Shown here in pieces: positions 9,865 to 18,967 of a stretch of 64,000 nt of DNA; the first letter of the stretch is position 1; every line of letters starts with the position of its first letter. The stretch lies in contig CAMBQF010000001.1 in the NCBI GenBank assembly GCA_945869825.1, positions 18,372 through 82,371 of the forward strand, read 5' to 3'. This stretch comes from Chitinophaga pinensis. Lineage in GTDB: Bacteria > Bacteroidota > Bacteroidia > CAMBQF01. The notes beneath the pieces are model-generated. The model saw only the letters and a list, made by a program, of their open reading frames with translations, was not told where the DNA came from and did not search any database. The translations under genes were made by a program, and so were the position numbers.

Positions 9865-11070
9865 TTACTCTACAATTACTTTGGTGCTGTAACTGCCCTC
9901 GCCTGCGCTTAGGTTTAGCAGGTACATACCGGGGGTTAAATGCGGAATGGTAAATGGCATGCTGCCTTTTGGCGATGCTGTTTTAGTATCGCTGGCTACC
10001 TCGCGGCCGGCAAGGTCGTACAGCTTAATGCTAATGGCTTTATTTGCCAGTGCTATTGCCGTAACCTGTATCATATTGCCACCGGCAGCAGGGTTTGGAG
10101 AGCAGCTCATATTTGCATCGGTTAGGGTTTCGCCAACGCTTTCAGGGGTTACAGTTGGGCTACCAATTTGGCCAATAATAAAGGCCCCCAGGTTTAATTG
10201 TGGTTGGGTATAAGAACGGCTTATTGTAAAAGGCTCGTTACCTGTAACGTTACCCAGGTTTTGTAAAAGATTCCAGCTACTATTAATATCGCTATAGTTA
10301 ACAATACCAGCAGAAGCCCCGGTAAAATTAGCCCGTTGGTGACTTTGGTTCCACTGCAGCGTAATGGCAGGAATGCTTCCACCATCAACATCTTCCTGAA
10401 TATCCCAGGTACGGTTTACAAGGTAATCATCTGCCAAAGGAGCGCCTGATAGTCCGTTTTGCAACACATTATTAAATACCTGTGCGCTAAAATTATCTTC
10501 TGTTCCGCTGTTTACAAGCCATGCGGGGTTATAGTTGCCTACAGAGTAACCAATAGGGAAGAAAGCGGTATCGCCTGTGCCAACGTTATTGTATTTAAGC
10601 AAGCCATTATCGCCACAAACTAAAAAACGGTTGTTGCTTGCGCCCAAAACAGCGTTATTAACCGTAGTCATAGTTAGGGTGTTAGGCCCTGATATAATAT
10701 GCCCGTTGATAAAATTAAGGCTGTTTACCCCGTTAACATCGCTCTGCAATTCAAGGCCCAGGGGATTATCCAGTTCAATGCTGCTTATTTCGCCCGTGCC
10801 GATAGTTAACATTTGTGGGTTATTGGTACCATTAAAACGGTATATGCCAGTACCTGTTTGGTTGCTGGCATCGGCAGCCTCAAAATTGCCTGCCACCTCT
10901 AGCGTGCCCTGGTTGTTTACATTGCCTGCGTTTAGGTTGTTAAAGTTTGATGTAAGGGAAATAGTGGCCCCTGCGGCAATATTTATTGTACCCCCATCGT
11001 TTATAAGGTTTTGCGCGTATGCTGAAAAGCCCAGGAAACAAAGGGCGGGTAGTATGTACAATTTTTTCAT
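9865..11070 (-). CDS. T9SS-secreted protein (hypothetical) with C-terminal sorting domain
   Basis: Likely start MKKLYILPALCFLGFSAYAQ (signal peptide); Gly/Asn-rich repetitive beta-rich body; C-terminal T9SS CTD-like segment (CSPNPAAG...KLYDLAGREV...GMYLLNL). Confidence 0.55.
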   Translation of the reverse strand: MKKLYILPALCFLGFSAYAQNLINDGGTINIAAGATISLTSNFNNLNAGNVNNQGTLEVAGNFEAADASNQTGTGIYRFNGTNNPQMLTIGTGEISSIELDNPLGLELQSDVNGVNSLNFINGHIISGPNTLTMTTVNNAVLGASNNRFLVCGDNGLLKYNNVGTGDTAFFPIGYSVGNYNPAWLVNSGTEDNFSAQVFNNVLQNGLSGAPLADDYLVNRTWDIQEDVDGGSIPAITLQWNQSHQRANFTGASAGIVNYSDINSSWNLLQNLGNVTGNEPFTISRSYTQPQLNLGAFIIGQIGSPTVTPESVGETLTDANMSCSPNPAAGGNMIQVTAIALANKAISIKLYDLAGREVASDTKTASPKGSMPFTIPHLTPGMYLLNLSAGEGSYSTKVIVE

Positions 11071-11146
11071 GGCTGTTATACTTTGGCAGTAAACCAAAGT
11101 TACAAAACAAACAGGCATAAAAACAGCCTCGGAACTAACTTTTCAA

Positions 11147-11776
11147 CTATAACCCTATTAAAAACCCAAAGCGGAATAATGGGTTGTTAAACGGGTAGCG
11201 GGGATCGTCGTTAAAATTCCATAATACCGAAAGGGTGGTAAACGCCCTGCGCCCTATGGCCTGCTGGTAGCCCAGGCCTGCAATGTAGCCCGGTACGTTT
11301 ACCCGTTTTTTAATTACACTGCTTGATGCAAAATCCTCCAAATTGAGCACCTCATACTCGCCATGCACAAAAAAGGCATCGCCATTAGAAAACACGTTGC
11401 GGGCAGGCAGCAGACGCACAAAAGCGCGGCCCCCGTAAGTATTAGTTTCAAAAATATAGCTTGATGCGCCATTACTAAGGCGTACCCTGTTGTAAAGGTA
11501 GGTAAAGCCAATACCGCCCATAAACACCTTGCCAACCTCGTAGCAAACCATTGGCGAAAGGTCTATAACCGTATAGGTGCCAAACTGAAGCCCCAAGCCG
11601 CCGCCAACGTAGGTATGGTCGAACCATTTAGGGCGTACAAACTTCTTTTTTTGCGGTTCTGCTTTGTTGGGCTTGGTAGTGCCCGTACTGTCGCTGTCAT
11701 CATATTTAGGCAATTGTGCCATAGCAGATGAGGCAAAAACCACAAGTATGATAAATGTCAATGTTTTTTTAAGCAT
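11147..11776 (-). CDS. hypothetical secreted/outer-membrane protein
   Basis: Signal peptide MLKKTLTFIILVVFASSAMAQ; beta-strand-like C-terminal half. Confidence 0.4.
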   Translation of the reverse strand: MLKKTLTFIILVVFASSAMAQLPKYDDSDSTGTTKPNKAEPQKKKFVRPKWFDHTYVGGGLGLQFGTYTVIDLSPMVCYEVGKVFMGGIGFTYLYNRVRLSNGASSYIFETNTYGGRAFVRLLPARNVFSNGDAFFVHGEYEVLNLEDFASSSVIKKRVNVPGYIAGLGYQQAIGRRAFTTLSVLWNFNDDPRYPFNNPLFRFGFLIGL

Positions 11777-11808
11777 GCAAAACTACTTTTGACAATGTTA
11801 CGCAAAAA

Positions 11809-13659
11809 TTGCACCAATTTGACAGAAAACCCGCTATGAATGCTATGTATAAGCCAAAATTTAATAAATTAGCACAAGAAAATGCCCGGGACCGTTTGAT
11901 GATTGAATACAATGAGGTGATTGATAAACTGCCTCCACATTTAAAGCAGTTTATTGTGGATCAGGATTATAGCCACTATACGCCAATTGACCAGGCGGTA
12001 TGGCGATATGTTATGCGCCAAAATTACTGCTACCTAAGCAAGGTTGCCCACGGCAGCTATGTAGAGGGCCTTCAAAAAACAGGTATTGGTATCGACCACA
12101 TCTCTCAAATGTATGGCATGAACCGCATTCTAAAAGAGATTGGTTGGGCGGCTGTTGCGGTTGACGGGTTTATTCCCCCATCGGCATTTATGGAATTTCA
12201 GGCGTATAAAATTTTGGTAATAGCGGCCGACATAAGGCAGCTGGAACATATACAATACACCCCGGCGCCTGATATTATTCACGAAGCAGCAGGCCATGCC
12301 CCCATTATTGCCGACCCTGAATATGCTGAGTACCTGCGCCTGTTTGGCGAGATTGGCAGCAAGGCATTTTCATCGGCCCAGGATTATGATTTGTACGAGG
12401 CAGTCAGGCATCTTTCTATTATAAAAGAATTCCCTAATGCTACAGCAGAAGAGATTGCTGAGGCTGAACAACGGTTGGAACAGGTATCGGCCAATATGGG
12501 CGAGCCCAGCGAAATGGCGCGTATACGCAACCTGCACTGGTGGACTGTTGAGTATGGTTTGATAGGCAAGCCCGAAGATTGTAAAATTTATGGTGCAGGC
12601 TTATTATCATCTATTGGCGAGAGTGTAAGCTGTATGCAACCCGATGTGAAGAAGATACCTTACACCATAGCAGCAGCAGATACCAGCTTTGATATTACCA
12701 AGCAACAACCCCAATTGTTTGTTACCCCATCGTTTAAACAACTGGTAGAGGTGCTGGAAGATTTTGCTGAAAGCCTTGCCCTGCGCCGTGGTGGTTTGTA
12801 TGGGCTGGAAGTGGCTATAAAATCGAAGAATGTAGGCACGGCAGTATATAGCTCGGGCTTGCAGGTGAGCGGGGTATTTGACGAAGCGATTACCGATAAA
12901 AACAACAACCTGATTTATATACATACCACAGGGCCTACATCATTAGCCTATAAAAATAAAGAGCTTGACGGGCATGGTAAAGTTTACCATGCAGAGGGTT
13001 TTGGGTCGCCGGTAGGAAAGCTAAAAGGCACCAACAAGCCTCTGGAACAACTTACCGAAGTAGAACTGGTGATGATGGGGATTGTAAACGGTTTGCCCTG
13101 CCACCTTGAGTTTGAAAGTGGTGTTGTAGTAGATGGTGTTTTGAGGGAAAAGGAGCAGGTATCGGGCGGAAAAAGCCTGATTTTTGTGTTTGATGATTGC
13201 ACCGTAACTTATGGCGACCGACTTTTGTACGACCCTGACTGGGGCACGTATGATATGGCTGTGGGCGAGAGTATAGTGTCTGTATTTAGTGGTGCTGCAG
13301 ATGTTGAGGCATACAAGCCTACATCGAGGGTGCCGCACGAGTTGACCAAGAAAATTGTATACACCCCTGAACAATTGCGCTTGCAAAAATTATATGGCCA
13401 AGTGCGGGAGATACGCGATACCAAAGGCGACTACAACGCATTGCCAGGAGTATTCAGCATATTAAAAACTGATTTTACCAATGACTGGCTGCTGTGTGTA
13501 GAGTTGTATGAGATATTGAAGGACAGCAACCTATACCCCAACCAAACAGCAGAAATAAAGGCTTATTTAGAGGAGATGAAAACCCGTAAGCCAGAATATA
13601 AAAAGCTTATTGAAGACGGTATACGTCTTACTGATGAGCTTGAACTTACCCACTCGTAA
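11809..13659 (+). CDS. biopterin-dependent aromatic amino acid hydroxylase family protein (phenylalanine-4-monooxygenase-like) with ~270-aa C-terminal extension
   Basis: YTPAPDIIHEAAGHAPIIADPEYAEY and YGAGLLSSIGE match the iron-binding motifs of PAH/TH/TPH catalytic domains (PEPDxxHELLGHVPLL...FGAGLLSS); total 616 aa is about twice a bacterial PhhA. Confidence 0.6.
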   Translation: MHQFDRKPAMNAMYKPKFNKLAQENARDRLMIEYNEVIDKLPPHLKQFIVDQDYSHYTPIDQAVWRYVMRQNYCYLSKVAHGSYVEGLQKTGIGIDHISQMYGMNRILKEIGWAAVAVDGFIPPSAFMEFQAYKILVIAADIRQLEHIQYTPAPDIIHEAAGHAPIIADPEYAEYLRLFGEIGSKAFSSAQDYDLYEAVRHLSIIKEFPNATAEEIAEAEQRLEQVSANMGEPSEMARIRNLHWWTVEYGLIGKPEDCKIYGAGLLSSIGESVSCMQPDVKKIPYTIAAADTSFDITKQQPQLFVTPSFKQLVEVLEDFAESLALRRGGLYGLEVAIKSKNVGTAVYSSGLQVSGVFDEAITDKNNNLIYIHTTGPTSLAYKNKELDGHGKVYHAEGFGSPVGKLKGTNKPLEQLTEVELVMMGIVNGLPCHLEFESGVVVDGVLREKEQVSGGKSLIFVFDDCTVTYGDRLLYDPDWGTYDMAVGESIVSVFSGAADVEAYKPTSRVPHELTKKIVYTPEQLRLQKLYGQVREIRDTKGDYNALPGVFSILKTDFTNDWLLCVELYEILKDSNLYPNQTAEIKAYLEEMKTRKPEYKKLIEDGIRLTDELELTHS

Positions 13660-14339
13660 TGAATATTTTGATAACCGGCGCAGGCCGCGGTATTGGTTTA
13701 GCATGTGTAAAGCAACTGGCTGCCAATGCCAACTATAATGTTGTTGCCGTTTCGCGGAATATAGGTGCTATTGAGGGGCTGGCGTTGCCTAATGTACATG
13801 CTATAGCTGCTGATATTACCCATGCGGAAAACGTAGACGCGCTGGTAAACACCATAACCAACCGTTACGGCAAAATTGATGTGTTGGTAAACAACGCGGG
13901 TCTGCTGGTAAACAGGCCGTTTACTGATTTTACTAATGATGATGCCCGACGCATTTTCGAGGTTAATTTTTTTGCGCCTGCCCGCTTAGTGCAAGTGCTT
14001 ACGCCCCACATAAACCGTGGCGGGCATATAGTAAACATAGGCAGTATGGGTGGCTACCAGGGTAGCCAAAAGTTTGCAGGGCTGGCCTACTACAGCGCAT
14101 CGAAGGCGGCGCTGGCGGTGCTTACTGAATGCTTAGCCGAGGAGCTAAAAGATGCTGGCATACGCATAAATTGCCTGGCGCTGGGCAGCGTGCAAACAGA
14201 GATGTTGCAAGAGGCTTTTCCGGGTTACCAATCGCCGACGGGGGTGGAAGAGATGGCCCACTTTATTACCGACTTTGCCCTGCATAGTGGAAAGCTGTTT
14301 AATGGCAAGGTTTTGCCGGTGAGTGTGACTACTCCGTAG
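13659..14339 (+). CDS. SDR-family short-chain dehydrogenase/reductase (possible pteridine/dihydropteridine reductase)
   Basis: TGAGRGIG Rossmann motif, YxxxK (YYSASK) catalytic motif; start overlaps stop of hydroxylase gene (TAATG), indicating translational coupling. Confidence 0.75.
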   Translation: MNILITGAGRGIGLACVKQLAANANYNVVAVSRNIGAIEGLALPNVHAIAADITHAENVDALVNTITNRYGKIDVLVNNAGLLVNRPFTDFTNDDARRIFEVNFFAPARLVQVLTPHINRGGHIVNIGSMGGYQGSQKFAGLAYYSASKAALAVLTECLAEELKDAGIRINCLALGSVQTEMLQEAFPGYQSPTGVEEMAHFITDFALHSGKLFNGKVLPVSVTTP

Positions 14340-14456
14340 CTTATAGCTTATAGCGTTTAGCTTTATTTTGTTGATTTAGTGTATGTTAAATATAAATCAA
14401 TCAAAAAAAAGAACACGTTCATCAAACAAAACGTAAAGCGGTAGTGTTCTATATTG

Positions 14457-15098
14457 CTATTTCTTATCAGTTTCGGCCTGCTCCTTTTTCAACTTATCAA
14501 TATCGTTGATAAGGGTGGCTATTTCGGTATCTGATGTACCATCGTAATACCCTCGGATGTGGTGGAATTTATCTACCAAAACAAACATTTGGGTATGGAT
14601 AAAATCGTCTTCAATTTTCTGGGTAATGGTGGTATCGGTGCTAAGTAAATAGCTTTCGCGGGCCATATCGTATAAGGCACGTTTATCGCCGGTTAAAAAG
14701 TACCATTGTGTGTTATCGGCATTGTGGCGTTTGGCATACTCCATTAACGCAGGTACTGAGTCTTCCTCAGGCTTAACGGTATGCGACAGGATTTTAAAGC
14801 CTTTATCCCCTTTTATTTTATCTGATACCTTCATCATGTTTTTATTCATAATAGGGCATATAGACTTGCAGGTGGTAAAGAAATATTCAACCACATAGTT
14901 GGTACCCTCTACGCTTTTATCGGTAATGGTATCGCCCAGCTGGTTAACAAACTTAAATGGCTTTACCGAGTGGAATAAGGTATCGCCACGGGTGGTTAAT
15001 TCTTTATCGCCATAAATAGGCAAATAACGTACTTCCTTTTTGTTGGGGGTGCAGGCTGCAAATAATACCACAACAAAAGCAAAAAATAATACTCTCAT
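14457..15098 (-). CDS. SCO1/SenC family copper chaperone
   Basis: Lipoprotein signal, thioredoxin-like CxxxC (CKSICP) and downstream His typical of SCO family. Confidence 0.7.
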   Translation of the reverse strand: MRVLFFAFVVVLFAACTPNKKEVRYLPIYGDKELTTRGDTLFHSVKPFKFVNQLGDTITDKSVEGTNYVVEYFFTTCKSICPIMNKNMMKVSDKIKGDKGFKILSHTVKPEEDSVPALMEYAKRHNADNTQWYFLTGDKRALYDMARESYLLSTDTTITQKIEDDFIHTQMFVLVDKFHHIRGYYDGTSDTEIATLINDIDKLKKEQAETDKK

Positions 15099-15100
15099 TA

Positions 15101-15397
15101 TTACTTAATAAAATCAGTTGGTTTTTTTACAAACTCTTCTTTACAGCCGGTGCCGCAAAAACCATATAGTTTGCCTTTGTAGCTTGCTGTATCTGCAACG
15201 CCTGATGTTATATCCATTTCGCAAACAGGGTCAATTTTAGAGGCTAGTAAAGCCATATCAACAGCCAGTTTACCATCTTCTTTAGGCATAGGTGGTTTTT
15301 GCCCTTCAATTTTTTGGTTTTCGCCTGCTTTAGGCTCTGTTTTTTGGCCGCAGCTTACTATGATAAAACAGGCGGCTATAAATGCTAATGCTTTCAT
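15101..15397 (-). CDS. YHS-domain (TRASH) metal-binding lipoprotein
   Basis: Lipoprotein signal (VSCGQ); C-terminal YGFCGTGCKEEF YHS-domain motif; 3-nt gap to SCO1 gene. Confidence 0.6.
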   Translation of the reverse strand: MKALAFIAACFIIVSCGQKTEPKAGENQKIEGQKPPMPKEDGKLAVDMALLASKIDPVCEMDITSGVADTASYKGKLYGFCGTGCKEEFVKKPTDFIK

Positions 15398-15530
15398 GAA
15401 AAATAATTATGGTGCAAAGGTACTCTATAACTCTATAGCTATCAAAAAAAACAGGTAGCCTCTACATTCAATTTTTTCACTTTTTAGTTTTTCACTTTTA
15501 GTTTTCGCATACCTTTGCGTCAACTTTAAT

Positions 15531-15610
15531 ACAGGGGTGTCCGCCGTTTGGCGAACTGAGAGAGTCCCTTTGAACCTGATCAGGTTAGTACCTGCGATAG
15601 GGAGTATTAG
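15531..15610 (+). promoter_or_regulatory. TPP (thiamine pyrophosphate) riboswitch, THI element
   Basis: ACAGGGGTGTCC...CTGAGAGAGTCCCTTTGAACCTGATCAGGTTAGTACCTGCGATAGGGAG matches THI-box consensus (GGGGUGC...CUGAGA...ACCUGAUCUGGAUAAUGCCAGCGUAGGGA); lies directly 5' of TonB-dependent receptor gene. Confidence 0.85.
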
Positions 15611-15696
15611 GAAGCGCTTACGCACATTCTGTGCGTGTAGTCCTTAGTCCGTATACTACGGATATTCCTGTATTAAGGCAACAAATACAGGCTATC

Positions 15697-17877
15697 ATGA
15701 AAAATCAATTCAAAATTCAGAATGCAAAATGCATAATTGTGCTTGCAATGGCTATTTCAAACTTTGCTATTGCGCAAACGCCGATGAGTAAAACAATCAG
15801 CGACTCGGTAATAGTAGCGGCTACGCGTACCGATGGTAAACAGGGTGTGGCCTATACCCAGGTGAGTAAAGAGGATTTGAAGAAGCAAAACCTTGGGCAG
15901 GATATTCCGGTATTGCTAAACCTAACCCCATCGGTGGTGGTAAGCTCTGATGCAGGTAATGGCGTTGGCTACACAGGCATACGCATACGCGGCAGCGATG
16001 CTACCCGTATAAATGTTACCGTAAATGGTATACCTATGAACGATGCCGAAAGCCATGGTTTGTTTTGGGTTAACATGCCCGATCTTGCATCATCAGTAAA
16101 CTCTATACAAATACAACGCGGGGCGGGCACCTCTACCAATGGGGCGGGGGCTTTTGGTGCCAGTATAAACATACAAAGCAATGTGCTGAATGCAGAACCG
16201 TATGCAGAGGTTAACTCATCGGCCGGGTCGTTCAACACGTTTAAAAATACGGTAATGGTGGGCTCGGGACTTGTTGGTGGCAAATTTACTTTTGATGCAA
16301 GGCTTTCTAAAATAACATCAGACGGGTTTGTAGACCGTGCCGCATCAGACTTAAAATCATTCTTTGTATCAGGAGGATATTATGGCACAAAGACGATTAT
16401 AAGGGCTAATGTGTTTTCGGGCAAAGAACGTACGTACCAGTCGTGGTATGGCATACCCGAAGCGGCGTTGGATACCAACCGCACCTACAACTACTACACC
16501 TATGCCAACCAAACCGATAACTACCAGCAAGACCATTACCAGCTTATTGGCTCGCACAGTATGAACAACAACTGGAACCTCAACCTGGCGCTGCACTATA
16601 CCCGGGGCAAAGGCTATTATGAAGAGTACAGAGGGCAGGATGATTTTGCCAACTACGGCTTGCCCAATTTTCAACTTTCGCAAGATACCATTCCGCCTAT
16701 AACTGTAAGCACAACAGACCTTGTGCGCCAACGCTGGTTAGATAACCATTTTTACGGGCTTACCTACTCTGTAAACTACAAAAGCTACAACCGCTTAAGC
16801 TTTATTTTAGGCGGGGGAGCAAACCAATACCGTGGAGCCCATTATGGCAATATTATCTGGATGCAATATGCCGGCAGCATTCCTAAAGATTACCGTTATT
16901 ATGATAACGATGCAGTTAAAACTGACATTAATGTATATGGCAAAGCCAACTACCATTTTGGCGCGGGCATTAATGCTTTTATCGATTTACAATACCGCCA
17001 CGTAGGCTACTCATTTTTAGGGTTTGATAATAACCTGCAAAATGTGCAGCAAGATGTAAACCTTAACTTTTTTAATCCTAAGGCAGGCATTAACGTGGAG
17101 CTGCCAAGCGATCAGCAGTTATACCTATCAGCAAGCGTAGCGCACCGCGAACCCACGCGCGATGATTTTACCCAAAGCACACCTGCCAGCAGGCCTAAGG
17201 CAGAGCGGATGATAGATACCGAACTGGGTTATAAAAAGCATTGGAAAAACACTATGGTTGGAGCAAACGGTTATTTTATGTATTACCAAAACCAGCTGGT
17301 ATTAACAGGGAGAATTAATGATGTTGGCGCATATATACGCAGCAACATAGACCAAAGCTACCGCGCTGGTATAGAGCTGGAGGGAGCTGTAAACATTGGC
17401 AAAAAAGTGAAGCTTGCAGGTAACTTTACCTTTAGTCAGAACAAGGTGATAGACTTTGCCGAATATATTGACGATTACGACAATGGTGGGCAGGTGGTTA
17501 ACCGTTACAAAAGTACCGATATATCATTCTCGCCAAACATGGTGGGGGCGGCAACCCTTAGCTACGAGCCTGTAAAAAAGCTTGTATTTAGTTTGATTAA
17601 TAAATATGTTAGTCGCCAATACCTTGATAATACGAGCAACAAGGCACGGTCATTAAACCCTTATACCACGCAAGACTTACGCATAAATTACAACTTTAGC
17701 GCAGGTTCAGCAAAAGACATTTCGCTAATATTATCAGTAAACAACCTGCTGAATGCTAAATATGAGCCTAATGGCTATACGTTTAGCTATATATATGGAG
17801 GGCAACAAACCACAGAAAACTACTACTACCCGCAAGCGGGCATAAACGTAATGGGTGGCATAGGCGTAAGGTTTTAG
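15697..17877 (+). CDS. TonB-dependent outer-membrane receptor (riboswitch-controlled; probable thiamine/precursor uptake)
   Basis: Preferred start MKNQFKIQNAKCIIVLAMAISNFAIAQ (signal peptide); plug-like N-terminal region, beta-barrel, C-terminal GIGVRF. Confidence 0.8.
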   Translation: MKNQFKIQNAKCIIVLAMAISNFAIAQTPMSKTISDSVIVAATRTDGKQGVAYTQVSKEDLKKQNLGQDIPVLLNLTPSVVVSSDAGNGVGYTGIRIRGSDATRINVTVNGIPMNDAESHGLFWVNMPDLASSVNSIQIQRGAGTSTNGAGAFGASINIQSNVLNAEPYAEVNSSAGSFNTFKNTVMVGSGLVGGKFTFDARLSKITSDGFVDRAASDLKSFFVSGGYYGTKTIIRANVFSGKERTYQSWYGIPEAALDTNRTYNYYTYANQTDNYQQDHYQLIGSHSMNNNWNLNLALHYTRGKGYYEEYRGQDDFANYGLPNFQLSQDTIPPITVSTTDLVRQRWLDNHFYGLTYSVNYKSYNRLSFILGGGANQYRGAHYGNIIWMQYAGSIPKDYRYYDNDAVKTDINVYGKANYHFGAGINAFIDLQYRHVGYSFLGFDNNLQNVQQDVNLNFFNPKAGINVELPSDQQLYLSASVAHREPTRDDFTQSTPASRPKAERMIDTELGYKKHWKNTMVGANGYFMYYQNQLVLTGRINDVGAYIRSNIDQSYRAGIELEGAVNIGKKVKLAGNFTFSQNKVIDFAEYIDDYDNGGQVVNRYKSTDISFSPNMVGAATLSYEPVKKLVFSLINKYVSRQYLDNTSNKARSLNPYTTQDLRINYNFSAGSAKDISLILSVNNLLNAKYEPNGYTFSYIYGGQQTTENYYYPQAGINVMGGIGVRF

Positions 17878-18042
17878 GGACCTTACCCCTTTTAAGTAAG
17901 GTGGGGGAGGAGTTGGTTATGCGCATATTGTCTTGGCAAAAACTTTGTTTATATTGCCACAGCATTAACTAATACCTATGGAGATACACCGTTTTTTGTA
18001 TAAAAGCGACAAAGCAACCACCTAAATGTTATAGCTTACATA

Positions 18043-18471
18043 TTGGTGTTTATAGCCTTTGTGGCGGGTGTTGAGAGTATACTAACATCAATCATACTGT
18101 TGTTTGCCGCGGCGGTACTGTTTTTATTTCAACGGGGTATAGAGCTTGATTTACGCGATGGAACCTATCGTTTTATTATGGCAGTAGGACCTGTGCGCAT
18201 TGGTAGTTGGGGTAAACTACCTGCGCTAAAATCAATATCGGTATTTAGCACCAATAAAGTCTCTACACTTACCAGCAGGGCTAATAATGAATCGGAATTT
18301 AAAAACAGGGTAATACAGGTAAACCTGATAACAGAGCGCAACCAAAAGATAAAAATACTGGAGGTGGAAAGCAAAGAGCCCGCTTTTTTGCTGGCTAAAG
18401 CTGTTGCTCGCAAGTTGGATGTAAATGTATGGGACGCAACAGAACGCGAAGGCAACTGGGTAGAATTATAA
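18043..18471 (+). CDS. hypothetical membrane protein
   Basis: ORF only; N-terminal TM helix. Confidence 0.3.
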   Translation: MVFIAFVAGVESILTSIILLFAAAVLFLFQRGIELDLRDGTYRFIMAVGPVRIGSWGKLPALKSISVFSTNKVSTLTSRANNESEFKNRVIQVNLITERNQKIKILEVESKEPAFLLAKAVARKLDVNVWDATEREGNWVEL

Positions 18472-18573
18472 GTTTAGAGCGGGACATGTAAAAATATCCT
18501 GTAAAAAGTAACCTAAGTGCTGTTTTTGCGGCTGCAAGGTGCGTATATTTGTATATATAGTAAATAGATAAAC

Positions 18574-18963
18574 ATGAAGCACATAATATTTTCGTTGCTG
18601 GTAATAGCGGCGGTAGCCCTGGGTGGATGCAGGTATGACAAAGCGGATGAACTATACGTGGCCACGCCATGCGACACTTCGGTTTCAATCACATTTTCAG
18701 CATATGTTACGGGTGTTGTAAACGATAATTGCATTAGTTGCCATAGCAACGCCAATAATGTGAGCCTTGGCGGCAGCATAAACCTTGAAGGTTATGATAA
18801 CCTGATAAACTACGTTAATGACGGCCCTGACGGCGGTAGCTTTATGGGTGCCATTACCCACAACCCTAACTACCTTGCTATGCCCCAAAACGAAGCCAAG
18901 TTGGATGACTGTACCATTTTAAAATTGCAGAAGTGGGTTAACAACGGCGCACAGAACAACTAA
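18574..18963 (+). CDS. small lipoprotein with single CXXCH heme-binding motif (putative c-type cytochrome-like)
   Basis: Lipoprotein signal LGGC; NDNCISCHSN motif. Confidence 0.4.
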   Translation: MKHIIFSLLVIAAVALGGCRYDKADELYVATPCDTSVSITFSAYVTGVVNDNCISCHSNANNVSLGGSINLEGYDNLINYVNDGPDGGSFMGAITHNPNYLAMPQNEAKLDDCTILKLQKWVNNGAQNN

Positions 18964-18967
18964 AACG

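Noticed and set aside
14340-14456. AGAACAC…GTGTTCT inverted repeat between the convergent SDR and SCO1 genes
   Set aside because: It has a short stem and a 28-nt loop, and is most simply a weak bidirectional terminator.
15425-15625. 66-aa minus-strand ORF
   Set aside because: It overlaps the TPP riboswitch on the opposite strand. The riboswitch assignment is much stronger.
15631-15696. Upstream in-frame ATG as the TonB receptor start
   Set aside because: It would place 22 non-signal residues before an obvious signal peptide, and it overlaps a riboswitch expression-platform hairpin. The ATG at 15697 is preferred.
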